From contig OZ240241.1 of the NCBI GenBank assembly GCA_965198115.1, positions 4,288,001-4,352,000 on the forward strand: a stretch of DNA of 64,000 nt. Reading direction: 5' to 3'. The translations under genes were made by a program, and so were the position numbers. The notes under the pieces were generated by a model. The model saw nothing but the letters and a program-made list of their open reading frames with translations, searched no databases and was not told the DNA's origin. The first letter of the stretch is position 1. Every line of letters starts with the position of its first letter. This DNA is from Candidatus Latescibacterota bacterium (GTDB lineage Bacteria > Latescibacterota > UBA2968). Shown here piece by piece: positions 61,351 to 64,000 of this stretch.

Positions 61351-61465
61351 GTCGTTCTGCTTTCTGTCTTACGCGATTTGGTAGACGGTGGAAACGACTT
61401 CGCCCGGTGGGCTCTGGTGGGAGCAGCCTCCCGGCTGCGAACCAACTTCAGCGGAGATATAAAGA

Positions 61466-62885
61466 GGCTCTATCCGGGTTTCTCAACGGTGAAACTATAG
61501 AATGACAAGGTCATAGATCGTTCCCTACGCTTGGTTGTGTGTGTAGGACAATCAAAGCGAAGGGGGTGCGACCTATGACCGGGAGCAGATTACTATCGAA
61601 ACTGCTGAGATTCAAGGGGTTCCGTGTTGTCAGCTGGTGGTTTGAGGGGAGAAGCTGCTTCGTCATCGCCGTAAAGCCACATAAGAATGGTTGTTGTTGT
61701 CCGGAGTGCGGCCGTCGAGGTAAAATCGTCCGCACAATGCCCCATCCGCGTCGGTGGCGTGACATTCCGGTGTGCGGGTGGAGGGTCTGGCTTCTCTACC
61801 ATCCTCGGGAGATTCGGTGTCCTACCCACGGTCGTGTGGTCGAGGAGATTCCGTGGGCGGAGCGGTTCTCTCGGGTGACGTATCGCTTCGAGTATGCCAT
61901 GCTGCGCTACTGCCAGACCATGACGCAGAAGGCGGCGTCCGAGTTGCTGCGCATCTCTGCCTCGACGCTGTCGGATCTCCTTCACCGATCCATCACGCGG
62001 CTTCGTGAAGGTCATCGTATCCGAGGGCTCAAAACCATCGGGATCGACGAGATCTCCTACGCCAAGCGTCACAGGTACGCCACGCTCGTTTACGATCTGG
62101 ACCGCTCCTGCGTGGTGTGGGTTGGCCGCGGCAGGGCGCGTAAAACGATCGATCGGTTCTTCACAGAGGCTCTCAGTCCCTACCGGAGATCCAAGATCGA
62201 GTGGGCCTGCTGCGACATGAGCGAAGCTTACATCGGAGCCATCCAGGAACACTGTCCGAATGCCAAGCTGGTCCTCGATCGCTTTCACATCGTCAAGGCT
62301 CTCAATGCCGCCGTTGACGAGGTCCGTAAGGACCAGTGGCGTAAAGCTGCCCCGGATGAGCGCAAAGCCATGAAGGGCCTCCGATGGCTCCTCTACCGGC
62401 ACTCAGCGACACGCTCCAGAGGGGATACTCGGACACTCAAAGCACTGGAGAAGGCGAACTACCGAATCTATAGAGCCTGGAGACTCAAGGACGAGTTCGA
62501 GCAGTTCTGGGAATACAAAGCGCCCTGGGCTGCCGAACGCTTCCTGAAATGCTGGACGACGTCCGCACTCAGAAGTCGACTTGAACCCCTGCGAAAGTTC
62601 GTCAGGACCCTGCGACAGCACTTCTTCGGCGTCCTCGCATTCGTGAACACGCGTCTTACCAACGCCATCGCCGAAGGCCTCAACCGAATCGTCCAAATCG
62701 TCAAGAACCGAGCCAGCGGATTCCGCACACTCGACGCATTCAACGATATGATCTTCCTTACCGTCGGAGACATAAACATCCCTGAGCAGATTCCGAAGAG
62801 GTTCCGCACACTCTAACCGCGCCCCCATGCCAGGAACCACGGCACCTTCACCCACTTCAGCTCGTTGAGAGATCCGGATATAGCC
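61466..62885 (+). mobile_element. ISL3 family insertion sequence, copy 2 (1420 bp, near-identical to copy 1)
   Basis: Same IRs as copy 1; 8-bp target duplication TATAAAGA at 61458-61465 and 62886-62893. Confidence 0.96.
61539..62816 (+). CDS. ISL3 family transposase
   Basis: Translation identical to 51685..52962. Confidence 0.95.
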   Translation: MCRTIKAKGVRPMTGSRLLSKLLRFKGFRVVSWWFEGRSCFVIAVKPHKNGCCCPECGRRGKIVRTMPHPRRWRDIPVCGWRVWLLYHPREIRCPTHGRVVEEIPWAERFSRVTYRFEYAMLRYCQTMTQKAASELLRISASTLSDLLHRSITRLREGHRIRGLKTIGIDEISYAKRHRYATLVYDLDRSCVVWVGRGRARKTIDRFFTEALSPYRRSKIEWACCDMSEAYIGAIQEHCPNAKLVLDRFHIVKALNAAVDEVRKDQWRKAAPDERKAMKGLRWLLYRHSATRSRGDTRTLKALEKANYRIYRAWRLKDEFEQFWEYKAPWAAERFLKCWTTSALRSRLEPLRKFVRTLRQHFFGVLAFVNTRLTNAIAEGLNRIVQIVKNRASGFRTLDAFNDMIFLTVGDINIPEQIPKRFRTL

Positions 62886-62984
62886 TATAAAGAACAGAGA
62901 ACGGATGGCATCTGTCAGCACTGCAAGGGCAGTCTTTGGACCAGTCAAAGAGAGAAGACAAGGACGACTGTTAGCTAAGCAATG

Positions 62985-63152
62985 TCATCCCGGTACGCTT
63001 TTTGGCCGGGATCCATTCTCATCAAGCGACTGCTCTCGAAGCCTCTCCTCTTCCTCCTTCTTCTCGAGCTTGTGCTTCTGCCAGAAACCGATACCACCGA
63101 GAATGATGCCAGCAAGCGCGACCAGGCCAGTACCAAATAGAATCGGATCCAC
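62985..63152 (-). CDS. 55-aa single-TM protein with a charged tail
   Basis: Hand translation MDPILFGTGLVALAGIILGGIGFWQKHKLEKKEEEERLRE...; starts 3 nt after the upstream stop. Confidence 0.55.
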   Translation of the reverse strand: MDPILFGTGLVALAGIILGGIGFWQKHKLEKKEEEERLREQSLDENGSRPKSVPG

Positions 63153-63155
63153 GTA

Positions 63156-63350
63156 TCAGCCTTTCTTGAGTAGTATGGAAGCTGTAATCATCGCTACACC
63201 GATGACCCAGCTAACCAGGCTACTGAGCCATAGCTCATACCTCAAATCGGTATGGAGGACCAGAGGGCTGAACGCACCGATCAAGATTGCGCCGGTTCCT
63301 AGATTGGCCAGGGCCGCACTCAGCCCATCGATCTGATCTCTATTGAGCAC
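63156..63350 (-). CDS. 64-aa two-TM membrane protein
   Basis: AGGAG RBS before the GTG at 63350; two hydrophobic segments and a basic C-terminus. Confidence 0.55.
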   Translation of the reverse strand: MLNRDQIDGLSAALANLGTGAILIGAFSPLVLHTDLRYELWLSSLVSWVIGVAMITASILLKKG

Positions 63351-63509
63351 CCGTTCTCCTTGTAAAGTACGCGATCCAAGGTTTGGCTGCAATCGGAGTG
63401 CCACCGATCTGGACGCGTGGGTGCTGCGTGTTGGCAGGATAATTAGTACACAATCCTTACCATCAATTCTTGGATCTGAACACATCTGACCATATCGAGG
63501 TTAAGCTCA

Positions 63510-64000
63510 ATGAACCGAATAAAACTTGGCCGAACAGGAATCGACGTCAGCGTGATGGGGATGGGCGCGGGTGGCCCGAGTCAGATTGGGAAAAAGCAGG
63601 GCAAGACGCCCGAAGAGTCGGCGGCGATTCTGCATCAGGCGTTCGACGCGGGCGTCAACTACGTCGACACGGCAGAGGGTTACGGCACAGAACCGCTCGT
63701 CGGTCTTGCGCTCAAGGAGTTTCCCCGTGACCAGGTCGTCATCTCCACCAAGAAGAGCTCGAGGGGGTCGAGCGCGGCCGACGTAGTTCCCAGTTTCGAG
63801 GAAAGCCTGAAGCGTCTCGGCACCGACTACATCGACGTCTACAGTCTGCACGGCGTCTACGACTTCGACTACGACCGCTGCAAGGATGAGCTGTATCCCG
63901 AGCTCGTGAAGCTACAGGATGCTGGCAAGATCCGATCGATCGGCATTACGGAGATGTTCAACGCCGATAAGGGACACGAGATGCTACAGCGGGCCCTCGA
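63510..64000 (+). CDS. Aldo/keto reductase (runs off the window end)
   Basis: Hand translation LGRTGIDVS..G.G, GVNYVDTAEGYG.E, ISTK, SLKRLGTDYIDVY.LH, GKIRSIG. Confidence 0.9.
   Translation, partial: MNRIKLGRTGIDVSVMGMGAGGPSQIGKKQGKTPEESAAILHQAFDAGVNYVDTAEGYGTEPLVGLALKEFPRDQVVISTKKSSRGSSAADVVPSFEESLKRLGTDYIDVYSLHGVYDFDYDRCKDELYPELVKLQDAGKIRSIGITEMFNADKGHEMLQRAL

Noticed and set aside
51616-62885. Composite transposon bounded by two inverted ISL3 copies
   Set aside because: Each copy has its own target duplication (T7 and TATAAAGA), so they are independent insertions and the interval has not been inverted or moved as a unit

Overview
GC-rich bacterial chromosomal window. The dockerin-like DFDGNGxVDFxDF tag and the FCB-type SecA insertion suggest a Latescibacterota/Handelsmanbacteria-like lineage (inference). 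Bases 1-49 kb are mostly housekeeping and metabolic: PCuAC/cytochrome c/hinT, vapBC, a GMC oxidoreductase, a cobalamin-riboswitch-controlled B12 uptake and adenosylation operon, rpmB, an aldo-keto reductase fused to a ChdC/Cld-like domain, M20 hydrolase plus YbdK ligase, transformylase-only purH, a Cys-rich MerR, two sigma factors, acs, queC, CIRCE-groES-groEL, secA, nusB, the rib operon, an S55 peptidase plus beta-propeller pair, and rlmH. Bases 49-64 kb are a decaying accessory region. It holds two independent ISL3 copies, a stack IS630-[IS1380::IS256]-IS630 joined at CTAG tetramers, pseudogenes and attenuator-like leaders. The best leads are the AKR-ChdC-like fusion, a promoter-driven structured non-coding RNA candidate behind rlmH, and three unassigned leader/terminator elements (purH, ECF sigma, MFS). 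Also notable are a circularly permuted DUF3179, a catalytically dead HtrA in a sigma/anti-sigma operon and a dockerin-tagged BtuG-like protein. No rRNA, tRNA or CRISPR array was seen. All family calls come from motif recognition by eye, not from database searches.
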